DNA of 64,000 nt from Dehalococcoidia bacterium (GTDB lineage Bacteria > Chloroflexota > Dehalococcoidia > Lucifugimonadales > UBA3495), in the NCBI GenBank assembly GCA_965197565.1, contig CBDANK010000002.1, forward strand, positions 655,095-719,094, in the 5' to 3' direction. The notes beneath the pieces are model-generated. The model searched no databases, was not told the origin of the DNA, and saw only the letters and a list, made by a program, of their open reading frames with translations. Shown piece by piece: positions 44,165 through 52,861 of this stretch (positions are counted from its first letter, which is position 1; each line of letters opens with the position of its first letter). The translations under genes were made by a program, and so were the position numbers.

Positions 44165-45187
44165 TTGGGCATTTCTCAGCCTAACGTGAGCTTGGAAGGT
44201 TGGACCGGATTGAATATCCTGGTTACTGGATGTGCGGGCTTCATCGGCTCCAAGGTAGCCTCGCTGCTGCTGGATATGGGCCATACGGTCTGGGGGGTCG
44301 ATAATCTTACCCAACCACATCATAGCTGCCTGCAAAGATGGCGGCTGAACACTCTCCGGCAACGTCCTGGTTTCACTTTCCATCGACTCGACATCTCCGA
44401 CCCTGAGCCGTTGAAGCCCATATTCCAGGGCGGCAGCCAGAGAGGCCAAGTGTCGCGGGTTATCAATCTTGGCGCTTTGGCCGGAGTCAGGGGCAGCGTC
44501 GCCAATCCCCGGGCCTACTATGAAACCAACGTTCTGGGCACCCTCAATCTGTTGGAGTTGTGCCGGGAGTTTGGGGTCGGCAAGTTTGTTCTCGCCTCAA
44601 CATCCAGCGTCTACGGGGGCGGGGTCACAGGCCCAATCGCAGAGGACGCCCCCTCGAGCCAGCCGCTGTCGCCCTACGCGGCCTCCAAGAAGGCTGCCGA
44701 GACCCTGCTTCATTCTTACCACCATCTTTACGGCATCGACGCCATGGTGTTGCGCTATTTCACCGTCTATGGTCCGGCCGGCCGCCCCGACATGAGCATC
44801 TTCAAGTTCATCCGCAGCGTAACCGAGGATGAGCCGATTACGATTTACGGGGACGGGACGCAACAAAGAGATTTTACCTACGTGAACGACGTTGCCCGAG
44901 GAACCGCGGCGGCCCTGGCTTTATCCGGTTATGAGGCGATCAATCTTGGCAACGGCAGACCGGTGGCGCTCAATGACATCATCCGCATGATTGAAGATGC
45001 CGTCGGCCAATCGGCGCAAATCCAATACCAGGAGCGGCACCCGGCCGACCCGATGATGACTTGGGCCAACATCAGCCGCGCTCGAAATCTCTTGGGATGG
45101 GTCCCTGTCGTGGGCATCGAGGAAGGGATTCGCCGTACCGTTGAGTGGTACATGGTCCACCGTCATTGGGCCAAAACGTTAAGCTAA
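44165..45187 (+). CDS. NAD-dependent epimerase/dehydratase (UDP-glucuronate 4-epimerase-like)
   Basis: VTGCAGFIGSKV Rossmann motif and catalytic YAASKKAAE. The exact start (TTG 44165 or a later TTG/GTG) is uncertain. Confidence 0.8.
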   Translation: MGISQPNVSLEGWTGLNILVTGCAGFIGSKVASLLLDMGHTVWGVDNLTQPHHSCLQRWRLNTLRQRPGFTFHRLDISDPEPLKPIFQGGSQRGQVSRVINLGALAGVRGSVANPRAYYETNVLGTLNLLELCREFGVGKFVLASTSSVYGGGVTGPIAEDAPSSQPLSPYAASKKAAETLLHSYHHLYGIDAMVLRYFTVYGPAGRPDMSIFKFIRSVTEDEPITIYGDGTQQRDFTYVNDVARGTAAALALSGYEAINLGNGRPVALNDIIRMIEDAVGQSAQIQYQERHPADPMMTWANISRARNLLGWVPVVGIEEGIRRTVEWYMVHRHWAKTLS

Positions 45188-46681
45188 GCCTTTTATTGCG
45201 TCTAATTCTTCCTCTTTGCGCTCACTGGCTCGGGGTCTTTTAATTATCTCAAGGCCCTGCCCATTGGCGGCCCCAGGTTGACTGCCGGCCCTAGCCGGGG
45301 AGCTTTTGGCCCAACTCCACGCCGTTATGGCGACTGTAATCCCGGCTGCCGCCAACCAAAGAATCGTTAACATCCACGTTTCCCAAGTCCAGGAAGTGTA
45401 TTGGGGAAAAGCGTGGGCCACAAAGTGGAATGGGGGGAACCCCATGTCGAAGGGGTCTACCGCAATCGTCACCTCACGCGAATGACCGGCCTGGGCCAGC
45501 CCTGCGGTGATAGCCGCGCTGTAGAGCCCCAAAACCAACATCGCCGCCCGCACCGGCAGCCTCGCCTGCCCCGCCACCAAGGTCAGGGGGATAATCAACA
45601 GCGGCAACACCACTAACAGCGTCCTCCCTGGAAACCACCACCCCATCATAGTTATCATCAGGAAGGTGGCAATGAGCAACTGGATGCCGATTAGCCCCAA
45701 GACCAGCCGGTGCAGCCTATCCCCCAAAACCAACGCGACCAGTCCGGGCACAGCCACCAAAAGAATCGGGGCCCAGTGCCCTATCCCGAATCGGCGGTCC
45801 ACGAACAGACCCCAAAGCCGGTGGGCCCGGTCGCCGAACTCCCAGTGCGCGTCGGCCAACTGCACGGAAGAAATCCCAGCGTAGACTAAGTTTACGTTAT
45901 ACGGCGTAAGACTGTCGAAGGTCGCCAGATGGAACCAAACGAAGAAGGCCGCGGAACCTCCGCCCAAGCCCAGCAAGACCACCCTGCCCGGAGGGTCGGC
46001 CCGGTAGAGGAAGTAACCGGCAATCAACAAAGCGAGGGGCGCGTACTTTACGCCGAGCCAGCAGACCGCCGACAATCCGATTGCCAAGAACAGCCCATGC
46101 AACGGCGACGGCCGCTTCCTTCCGGTTGCCGCCAGCAAGCAGACCAAAATCGCCAAGGCCGCGGGAAATTCAGGGTAAATCTCGGTAGAGTAGATGAAGA
46201 CAGTGGCGGACAGACCAACCGCCAGCGTCATGGCCCAACTGATGACTCGCCTGCCGGTGAGGCGGTCTGCCAGCAAGTACGCGAGGACCATTGCCGCGGC
46301 GGCGGTCAGCAGCAACTGTGCCTGCGTGCCGACGAGCCCGCCCAGGGCGAATCCGGGTATCAAAAACACGGAGAGCCCCGGGTTGTGGGGACTTAGCAGC
46401 CTGCCGTCCTCAGCAGGGACCGACTGTTTCCACAACCCGTCCGGGTGATCGAAGAAGCTCTCGTAGGACTTCTCCTCGTATTGGTTGGTCAGGTCCAGGT
46501 CCCGGTCCTGGATGAGGCTCCGGGTGGTCAGGAGATAAAAGGGTTCGTCGCCCGTTATCGACGCGCCTCGGCTGGCCCGAATGTCTATGGAGAAGAAGTA
46601 GGCCGCCGACAACAAGAGAAAAAGGGCTGCCGCACTGAGCAGCAGCCCTCTGTCACGGACAAGGCGGGATGCGCCGGTCAC
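45179..46681 (-). CDS. GT-C-type integral membrane glycosyltransferase-like protein
   Basis: 500 aa with ~12 TM helices. First extracytoplasmic loop has GDEPFYLL (the DExxY-like motif of PMT/ArnT-type GT-C enzymes). GTGA overlap with the upstream SBP gene. Confidence 0.5.
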   Translation of the reverse strand: MTGASRLVRDRGLLLSAAALFLLLSAAYFFSIDIRASRGASITGDEPFYLLTTRSLIQDRDLDLTNQYEEKSYESFFDHPDGLWKQSVPAEDGRLLSPHNPGLSVFLIPGFALGGLVGTQAQLLLTAAAAMVLAYLLADRLTGRRVISWAMTLAVGLSATVFIYSTEIYPEFPAALAILVCLLAATGRKRPSPLHGLFLAIGLSAVCWLGVKYAPLALLIAGYFLYRADPPGRVVLLGLGGGSAAFFVWFHLATFDSLTPYNVNLVYAGISSVQLADAHWEFGDRAHRLWGLFVDRRFGIGHWAPILLVAVPGLVALVLGDRLHRLVLGLIGIQLLIATFLMITMMGWWFPGRTLLVVLPLLIIPLTLVAGQARLPVRAAMLVLGLYSAAITAGLAQAGHSREVTIAVDPFDMGFPPFHFVAHAFPQYTSWTWETWMLTILWLAAAGITVAITAWSWAKSSPARAGSQPGAANGQGLEIIKRPRASERKEEELDAIKGLA

Positions 46682-47706
46682 GGTATGATGCCAACCTCGC
46701 GCAGCAGCGAAAGCGTGCCCTGCAAATTGGTTAGAGCCCCCAAATCAATGTCCGGGCTTTCCAACGAAGAGAGGGACGGCAAGTCTCCTTCCGGTTCCAC
46801 GCCGGCGATCAAAGGGTATTCCTTGGTAGTCTCGGAAAAGTAGGTCTGGGCCGCGTCGGAAAGCAAGTACTCCAGGAACTGTTCGGCGGCCTCGCGGTCC
46901 TCGGTATCCTTGATGATTCCGGCACCGGCCACCAGCACCAGAGCTCCGGGGTCGCCGCCGCCCAAGAAATGGTTCCGGGCCCCAAACTCTTCTCCTTCCT
47001 CCTCCAGGAACCGCTGCAAATAATAGTGATTTACGAACCCCACGTCTACTTCGCCACGAGCCACTGCGGCCACTGTGGTTATGTTGTTGGGGTAAGACTT
47101 GGGTTGATTGGCGTTAATGCCTTCGAGCCAGGCCCTTGCTGCTTCTTCACCCCACTTCACCCGGAATGCTGTAACAAAGGCCTGGAAGGACGCGTTGCGT
47201 GGGGCCCAGCCGACCCGGCCCCGCCATTCCGGGCTGGTGAAGCCCCGAATCGATTCGGGCAGGTCCGTCTCCGGGTCGATAGCCGAAGTGTTGTAGACCA
47301 CGGTGCGGGCCCGGCCGGAGGTGCCTACCCACTGGCCGGACGGAGACCTGAAAGCCGGGGACACCTTTGAGAGGATCTCCTCGGGGAGTTCCGAAAGGAG
47401 CCCGGCGTGGGAAAGACTGCCCAAAGAGCCGGGGTCTTGCAGAAACACCACGTCCGCCGGCGTGTTTTCCCCCTCTTCGAGGATGATAGACGCTATGGCA
47501 GTGCTGCCGGCGTACTTGATGCTAACGTCGATTCCGCTCTCTTCAACGAATGACTCCAACAGCGGATGCACCAGGCTTTGGGAACGCCCGGAGTAGATGG
47601 TCAGGCTATCGTCGCCGCCCCCGCCACAGGCCAAAGGAGCGGTCAACACCACCGTCAGCAAGGCTGCGGCCAAGAGCAGAGACTGCCGGAAATGTAACCT
47701 TGTCAT
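46678..47706 (-). CDS. Fe(3+)-type ABC transporter substrate-binding protein (FbpA/AfuA-like)
   Basis: Signal peptide/lipobox LACGGG; LTIYSGRSQSLVHPLLESF and VVFLQDPGSLG are typical of FbpA-like SBPs. No permease or ATPase gene is adjacent. Confidence 0.7.
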   Translation of the reverse strand: MTRLHFRQSLLLAAALLTVVLTAPLACGGGGDDSLTIYSGRSQSLVHPLLESFVEESGIDVSIKYAGSTAIASIILEEGENTPADVVFLQDPGSLGSLSHAGLLSELPEEILSKVSPAFRSPSGQWVGTSGRARTVVYNTSAIDPETDLPESIRGFTSPEWRGRVGWAPRNASFQAFVTAFRVKWGEEAARAWLEGINANQPKSYPNNITTVAAVARGEVDVGFVNHYYLQRFLEEEGEEFGARNHFLGGGDPGALVLVAGAGIIKDTEDREAAEQFLEYLLSDAAQTYFSETTKEYPLIAGVEPEGDLPSLSSLESPDIDLGALTNLQGTLSLLREVGIIP

Positions 47707-47737
47707 GCCCGTTCACCTAATCTTCTGCTGGAATTGG

Positions 47738-49411
47738 TCACTCGAAGCTGGTTACGAGGTCATCCTGCGTCAGGAAGAGCGCCGAGGCCGTTCCGTTGAG
47801 CGCGTCAAGGGCTGAGTCGCGTTGCGCTGCCGTCAGCTCGGCCGGCGGCGACTCAAAGTATGCGACTATCGCCTCGTCCGCCGTGGCGTTCGCCTTGGCA
47901 ACGTCAGGCTGGATCGACATATAGAACGAGAGGCCCTCAACCAAAGCAACACCGGCATCGTCATAGTTGCCGGCCTCTGCACGCTGCAGCGCTTGGCCCA
48001 TGTAGCGCACCGAAGCAAGGTAAAAGATGGTGTTGAACCGAGAGTAAACGTCGCGCGCTGCAGCGTCGTATGCGGCTTGGTCTTGGTCATCCGCCGCCTG
48101 CTGCGCCCGCACCATCGCCTCGCGCAGTGGGATGTCGATTGTGCCCTCGCGTCCGAAGTTGGCTTCTCGGCTGCGTGCGGTTGCGGCCAGCGAGTTGGGG
48201 TACTCCCCGTTCACTTCCTCACCAACGTAAACCGCCCATGCCTCATCCACGAGGCGCGAACTGAGCCTGTCACCGCCGAGAATCATATACCGCTTCGCCC
48301 AGTGGTAGATGATCCTCTGAATGCCTTTCAGAATTGCCTGACGTTGCTGTGCCGGAGTGTACTCCTCGGCTGAGCCCCGCTTCCGGATCGCGTTGCTCAC
48401 GGGTGTATCTAGGAACGTGTCGGAGTCATAGTAGGCTGCCGAGTCCGGGAACTCGACGCTGCGACCAGGGTCGCGCGCAAACCCGCGCAGCGTCCGGCTC
48501 GTGGCGTCAATGCGGGTGTGCATACCCGCCTCGTACAGCAACATGATCTCGGGCGCCGGCAATGGCTGGCCTTGCTTCACCACGTTAGTCAGCGCGACGA
48601 TCTCTTGATAGTCCGTGGAAATCTTCTGGTAAATCTCTCGGTTCGTGGTCGGCGTATAGATGCCGTCCGACTTGGTGGGGCCGCTCGTCTCTGCTGTAAG
48701 GCCAGCCGGGATAAACAAGCCGCCCGCGGCGACTGAGCCGCCATCGCCCTGTGACGAGGCTCCGGTGACCGTGAAGGAGACGCGCATCCCAAGTTCGTAG
48801 TGGCTCTCCAGTTCTCCTTCCTCTATCTCGGCGATATTACAGATGAGCAAATAGTCGCCGGGTTGTAGATTGAAAACCCCCGATGCCTCCGTGCCGGGTA
48901 AGAAAGGCTCGATCTCCCCAATCATATTGACTTGGTCTTCCGGCACCATCCCCTCCACCACGGGAAGCTCGCCGGGAGCCGTATCGGTCTTGATGATCAC
49001 CAACTCGTGGGGGTCGTCGGGACCTGCGTTGTTCACTAAGAAGTAGACCGGGCCTGCTTCCACCTGGGCCTGTTCCGGCAAGATCGCCCACTCCTTGAGG
49101 GTCACGGCGACCTGCCTCGCCGCCGACGGCCGCGGCTGTACTACACCGGCCTCCGCCACACCCGTGACCGTCGCCACTCCGGTGGCGCCGCTCACGGAAA
49201 CCACGCCAGTCCCGCTGACCGAGCCAGTCCCCGTGGCGCTTACCGAGACGCTTACAGACCCGGTCTCACTTTCGATGACCTGGATTCCGGGCCGGTCTTC
49301 GCCGTCGCCGCCGTTGCAGGCCGCGACCAGCAGGAGCAGGAGGACCGCCACCCCGGTGATCCATAAATAGACCTTGTTGCCCACCAGCTTTTTATCGTTA
49401 CACATCGCCAT
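47738..49411 (-). CDS. lipoprotein with Ser/Thr/Gly/Val-rich linker, cupredoxin-like (EfeO-N-like) domain and helical C-terminal domain
   Basis: Lipobox LLVAAC; linker SVSVSVSATGTGSVSGTGVVSVSGATGVATVTG. VTLKEWAILP...YFLVNNAGPDDPHELVI...GDYLLICNI...HYELGM fits a cupredoxin-like fold. Confidence 0.5.
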   Translation of the reverse strand: MAMCNDKKLVGNKVYLWITGVAVLLLLLVAACNGGDGEDRPGIQVIESETGSVSVSVSATGTGSVSGTGVVSVSGATGVATVTGVAEAGVVQPRPSAARQVAVTLKEWAILPEQAQVEAGPVYFLVNNAGPDDPHELVIIKTDTAPGELPVVEGMVPEDQVNMIGEIEPFLPGTEASGVFNLQPGDYLLICNIAEIEEGELESHYELGMRVSFTVTGASSQGDGGSVAAGGLFIPAGLTAETSGPTKSDGIYTPTTNREIYQKISTDYQEIVALTNVVKQGQPLPAPEIMLLYEAGMHTRIDATSRTLRGFARDPGRSVEFPDSAAYYDSDTFLDTPVSNAIRKRGSAEEYTPAQQRQAILKGIQRIIYHWAKRYMILGGDRLSSRLVDEAWAVYVGEEVNGEYPNSLAATARSREANFGREGTIDIPLREAMVRAQQAADDQDQAAYDAAARDVYSRFNTIFYLASVRYMGQALQRAEAGNYDDAGVALVEGLSFYMSIQPDVAKANATADEAIVAYFESPPAELTAAQRDSALDALNGTASALFLTQDDLVTSFE

Positions 49412-49481
49412 ATCTCTCCTATATATGTTAGCTCTATTTGCCCTGCCCCGCGAAATCCAGTGCATTCGGCTGCTTACCGGG

Positions 49482-52400
49482 TCACGCGTTCAACAGTTGC
49501 CTTACCATCGCCGCCGGCACTCGCCACAAATACTTCACGCTGATAAACGATTCCCCCTTGGTCCGGTAGCTGTACGAGATCGGAACTTCGCGCATACGCA
49601 TTCCTTTCTTGAGAAGGTCCAAGGTCAACACTTGGGCGTAGTTGTAGTCGTGAATGATCTCGGCGCACTCCAGGGCGCGGCGAGAAAAGGCCCGGAATCC
49701 CGTCTGCCCGTCGCTGATCCGGCGCCCGGCCGCGATGCATAACAGCACGGTGAAGACGAAGTTGGCAATGCGGCGGTGGAAGGGTTGACCTTGGCGCGCG
49801 CCCAGGTAACGCGAACCCAGAACATAGTCCGCTTCTCCGGCGTCGATAGGATTCAGCAGGTCCGGAATCTGGGAGGGCGGGTACTCGCCGTCGGCGTCGA
49901 TGTACACCGCGGCCCGGGCGTCCATATCCCTTGCCGCCGCCAAGCCCGTTCTGAGAGCGGCTCCCAGCCCCCGGTTGCCGGAATGACTGACCACCAGGTC
50001 CGCGCCATGCCGCCGGGCCGCCTCCGCCGTCTCATCTGTCGATCCGTCGTCGACGACGATGATGCGCATACCGGCCACTTGCCCGGAGGGCATCCGCGCC
50101 AAGGTGCCGGGGAGGTTCTCGGCTTCGTTATGGGCCGGGACGATTACGGCCAACGGCTTGGATTCTTCGATGTCTTCGGCAACACCCAACACTTGCCCCA
50201 CCGACTGCGCCGGCGGCCTAGCCCCCAGGAAGTAGGCTATGGTGGGCGCTATGTCCATGACGGAACGGGGTCCGTCGAACACCCCGGTCTTTTCCACGCC
50301 CGCGCCCCACATAATGCAAGGAACATAGGTTTCGCTGGGGCTCATGTGCCCATGCCCGCCGATGCCGATACCCTGGCCGTGGTCCGACGTAACCAGCACC
50401 GTAGCGTCGTCGAGGTAGCCGCGTTGCCGGCACCAACCGAGAAACTGCTCGATGATCCGGTCCGCCGCCTCGATTTTTGAAAGGTACTCGGCGTTATAGC
50501 TGCCTCGGGCGTGCCCGGTCTGGTCAACGCTCAACAACTGGACAACCAACAGGTCCGGCTCGTCGCGCTCCATAACCGCGCGGGCCCTGGCAATCAAGGC
50601 GTTGTCAATGTCGTCGTTGTGGGTGACTGCCGTCACCGTCTCCACGTTTTCGCCAAAGGCGTCCACCAGATGGGCGATACCCACCAGCTTGCCCGTCATG
50701 CCCGAGTCCCGGAGGGAGTCGAAAATGGACTCGCACTTCACCCCCAAATTGGGGACGAAATTGCTGCGCATACCGTGCATTTTGGGCGGCGCGCCAGTGA
50801 ACATGGAGCTGAAGCCGGTCACGGTCCGGGCGGGGTAAACGGTCGCTGTGTTTCGGTAATCGGCCCCTTCCCGGCGCAGGCGGTCTAGGCAGGGGGTGTT
50901 CGCTTCCAGCAGCCGGTCCGCCCGGCAGCCGTCGATGACGATAGCAATGAACCGCCTGCACCGGCGATAGCCGCCATCGGCGACGAGGCGCGTGGGGGCC
51001 AGGGACGGAGCGGGCGGCCAAGTGAAGAACCATTGGTGGACCAGCACGGCGGCGACGCCCAACCCCGCGACAAACCCCTCCACGGCAATCACGGTGTCCA
51101 GACTGGGGCGTTGCACCATTACTTGAAAGGCCAAGACCAGCAGCAGGGCCTTCGGCATCTGTTCCAGGAAGTTGCCGCTGGTGGGGTCCGGGTTTTCCAG
51201 CACCAGCCGCCAAAATCTGGTGAAATTGGTCCAAGGAGTCCCGATACGCAGGTGGTAGTAGACCGTGCCCCACAGGAAAATGGTGAAAGTCAAATAAATC
51301 CCCACGACCCAAGCCACCGCCGCCAGGTCTATGAAACGAAAAGCGGCTAGGAACAGCCCCAAGAAGAGCCACAATACGGTCCGCAACTTGAGAGGGAAAT
51401 CGAACCGGTAGAACAGCAGGAAGAGCGGGGCCAGGGCGGCCAGGGCTATTCCCGCTTTGGGCCAGTAACCGGCGTCGGTCAAGTGAGGCAGGCTTAACAG
51501 CATCAGAATGCCAATAACGAACACCGGAGTGAAGGGTTTGCCTTCATTGAATACGTTCCAGAGACGGGCCGCCGCTACTTCAAAGCGCGAGGCTCCCTTA
51601 ACGCCGTCCGCCGATCCGCGAAAGCCTCTCAGCGGGTTCAATTCCGGCAGTTTTCCGATGGCGGTGGATGTGAAGGCTAGGGCCACCGTGTAGGAGTAAG
51701 CAAATTTCAGGCCGTGGGTTGCCACTGCCAAAGCCAGACCTTCCTGCCACGGCACTCCGTGGGCGTACAGAGCCCCGGTCATTACGGCCTCATACACGCC
51801 GATTCCTCCGGGAGTCATGTGGAACACCTGGAACAGGATGGTGAAAGCGGTGACCGCCACGGCAGCGGCAATCGAAATATCGATCCCAAGGGCCTTTGCC
51901 GCAACGATTATTACCGCGGCCTCCAGTACCCAACTGGGAAGCGTCCACAGGGCGGCGTGGGCAACCCGCTTGCCTGACACCTGTCTAAGCTGGGCCTGCA
52001 ACACGTCGAACCGGGACTGCAGGAACCCCGGCAACCAACTACTGTGGATGCGGTTCCGGCGTATGAAGGCCAGAAATGTCCCAACTCCAAGGACCACCGC
52101 CGCCGGCAATGCCAGTCCTTGCAACCACAGACTCTCTCCGGTGGAAAGGGAAACCACGGGGCCGATGATTGCGGCGATGGCTATCAGTACCGCAAAGTCC
52201 AGGATTCGTGCGACGGCCGTTGTGGTTGCCGCTTCCGCCAGCGGGACCCCGAATCTTCCCGCCAGCAGGGGCCGGACAAACTCGCCCAGCTTAAACGGCG
52301 CAAGATGGTTCACCAACAGTCCGGCCTGCATAGCAACGAACAATTGGAACATGCTGGTGCGATGCACGATCAACGCCTGCCAGGCCATCGTCCTCAACCA

Positions 52401-52634
52401 GAATGCGCCCATGTAGGCGAACACCATCAGGGCCAACAGCCAGGGTTGCCCGCCAAATTCCCACAACGCGGCTTTCAACTGGGCCCAATCAGCCAGAAAG
52501 GCTACAAGAAGAGCGGCCGCCGCAAGAAAGGTCAGTGACAGAATGCCGCGGTAAACCGAGACGGTGGGACGGTTGATCGCAGGAAACTCTGGGGCAACCA
52601 ATTTTTGATATGGCGACACTGTATTATTATTCAC
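49482..52634 (-). CDS. three-part fusion: flippase-like (LPG-synthase-TM/UPF0104) membrane domain + alkaline-phosphatase-superfamily phosphodiesterase + family-2 glycosyltransferase
   Basis: 1050 aa. ~14 TM helices in the first 530 aa; IAIVIDGCRADRL...TVYPARTVTGFSSMFTG...VTSDHGQG (AlkP/type I phosphodiesterase); LAVIVPAHNEAENL...IIVVDDGSTDET...SGNRGLGAALRTG (GT2, DPM1-like). Confidence 0.75.
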   Translation of the reverse strand: MNNNTVSPYQKLVAPEFPAINRPTVSVYRGILSLTFLAAAALLVAFLADWAQLKAALWEFGGQPWLLALMVFAYMGAFWLRTMAWQALIVHRTSMFQLFVAMQAGLLVNHLAPFKLGEFVRPLLAGRFGVPLAEAATTTAVARILDFAVLIAIAAIIGPVVSLSTGESLWLQGLALPAAVVLGVGTFLAFIRRNRIHSSWLPGFLQSRFDVLQAQLRQVSGKRVAHAALWTLPSWVLEAAVIIVAAKALGIDISIAAAVAVTAFTILFQVFHMTPGGIGVYEAVMTGALYAHGVPWQEGLALAVATHGLKFAYSYTVALAFTSTAIGKLPELNPLRGFRGSADGVKGASRFEVAAARLWNVFNEGKPFTPVFVIGILMLLSLPHLTDAGYWPKAGIALAALAPLFLLFYRFDFPLKLRTVLWLFLGLFLAAFRFIDLAAVAWVVGIYLTFTIFLWGTVYYHLRIGTPWTNFTRFWRLVLENPDPTSGNFLEQMPKALLLVLAFQVMVQRPSLDTVIAVEGFVAGLGVAAVLVHQWFFTWPPAPSLAPTRLVADGGYRRCRRFIAIVIDGCRADRLLEANTPCLDRLRREGADYRNTATVYPARTVTGFSSMFTGAPPKMHGMRSNFVPNLGVKCESIFDSLRDSGMTGKLVGIAHLVDAFGENVETVTAVTHNDDIDNALIARARAVMERDEPDLLVVQLLSVDQTGHARGSYNAEYLSKIEAADRIIEQFLGWCRQRGYLDDATVLVTSDHGQGIGIGGHGHMSPSETYVPCIMWGAGVEKTGVFDGPRSVMDIAPTIAYFLGARPPAQSVGQVLGVAEDIEESKPLAVIVPAHNEAENLPGTLARMPSGQVAGMRIIVVDDGSTDETAEAARRHGADLVVSHSGNRGLGAALRTGLAAARDMDARAAVYIDADGEYPPSQIPDLLNPIDAGEADYVLGSRYLGARQGQPFHRRIANFVFTVLLCIAAGRRISDGQTGFRAFSRRALECAEIIHDYNYAQVLTLDLLKKGMRMREVPISYSYRTKGESFISVKYLWRVPAAMVRQLLNA

Positions 52635-52861
52635 GTGTGGTAAGGATATAGTAAGTTGTCTTGAAGTTGCTTTTAGAGTCGTATATATATACTATAAGAA
52701 ACAGTGCAAACGTATAGCATGGATATAAGTACATGTCAAGAGGCAATACATCTCAACGTTAGGACTGTAATGTTCAGACACTACAAGCATTGCAATCAAC
52801 CCAGCATTGCGATTCAGGCGCTGTAAGATGCAACACCAAAACGACATGGAGGAGGCCGCAA

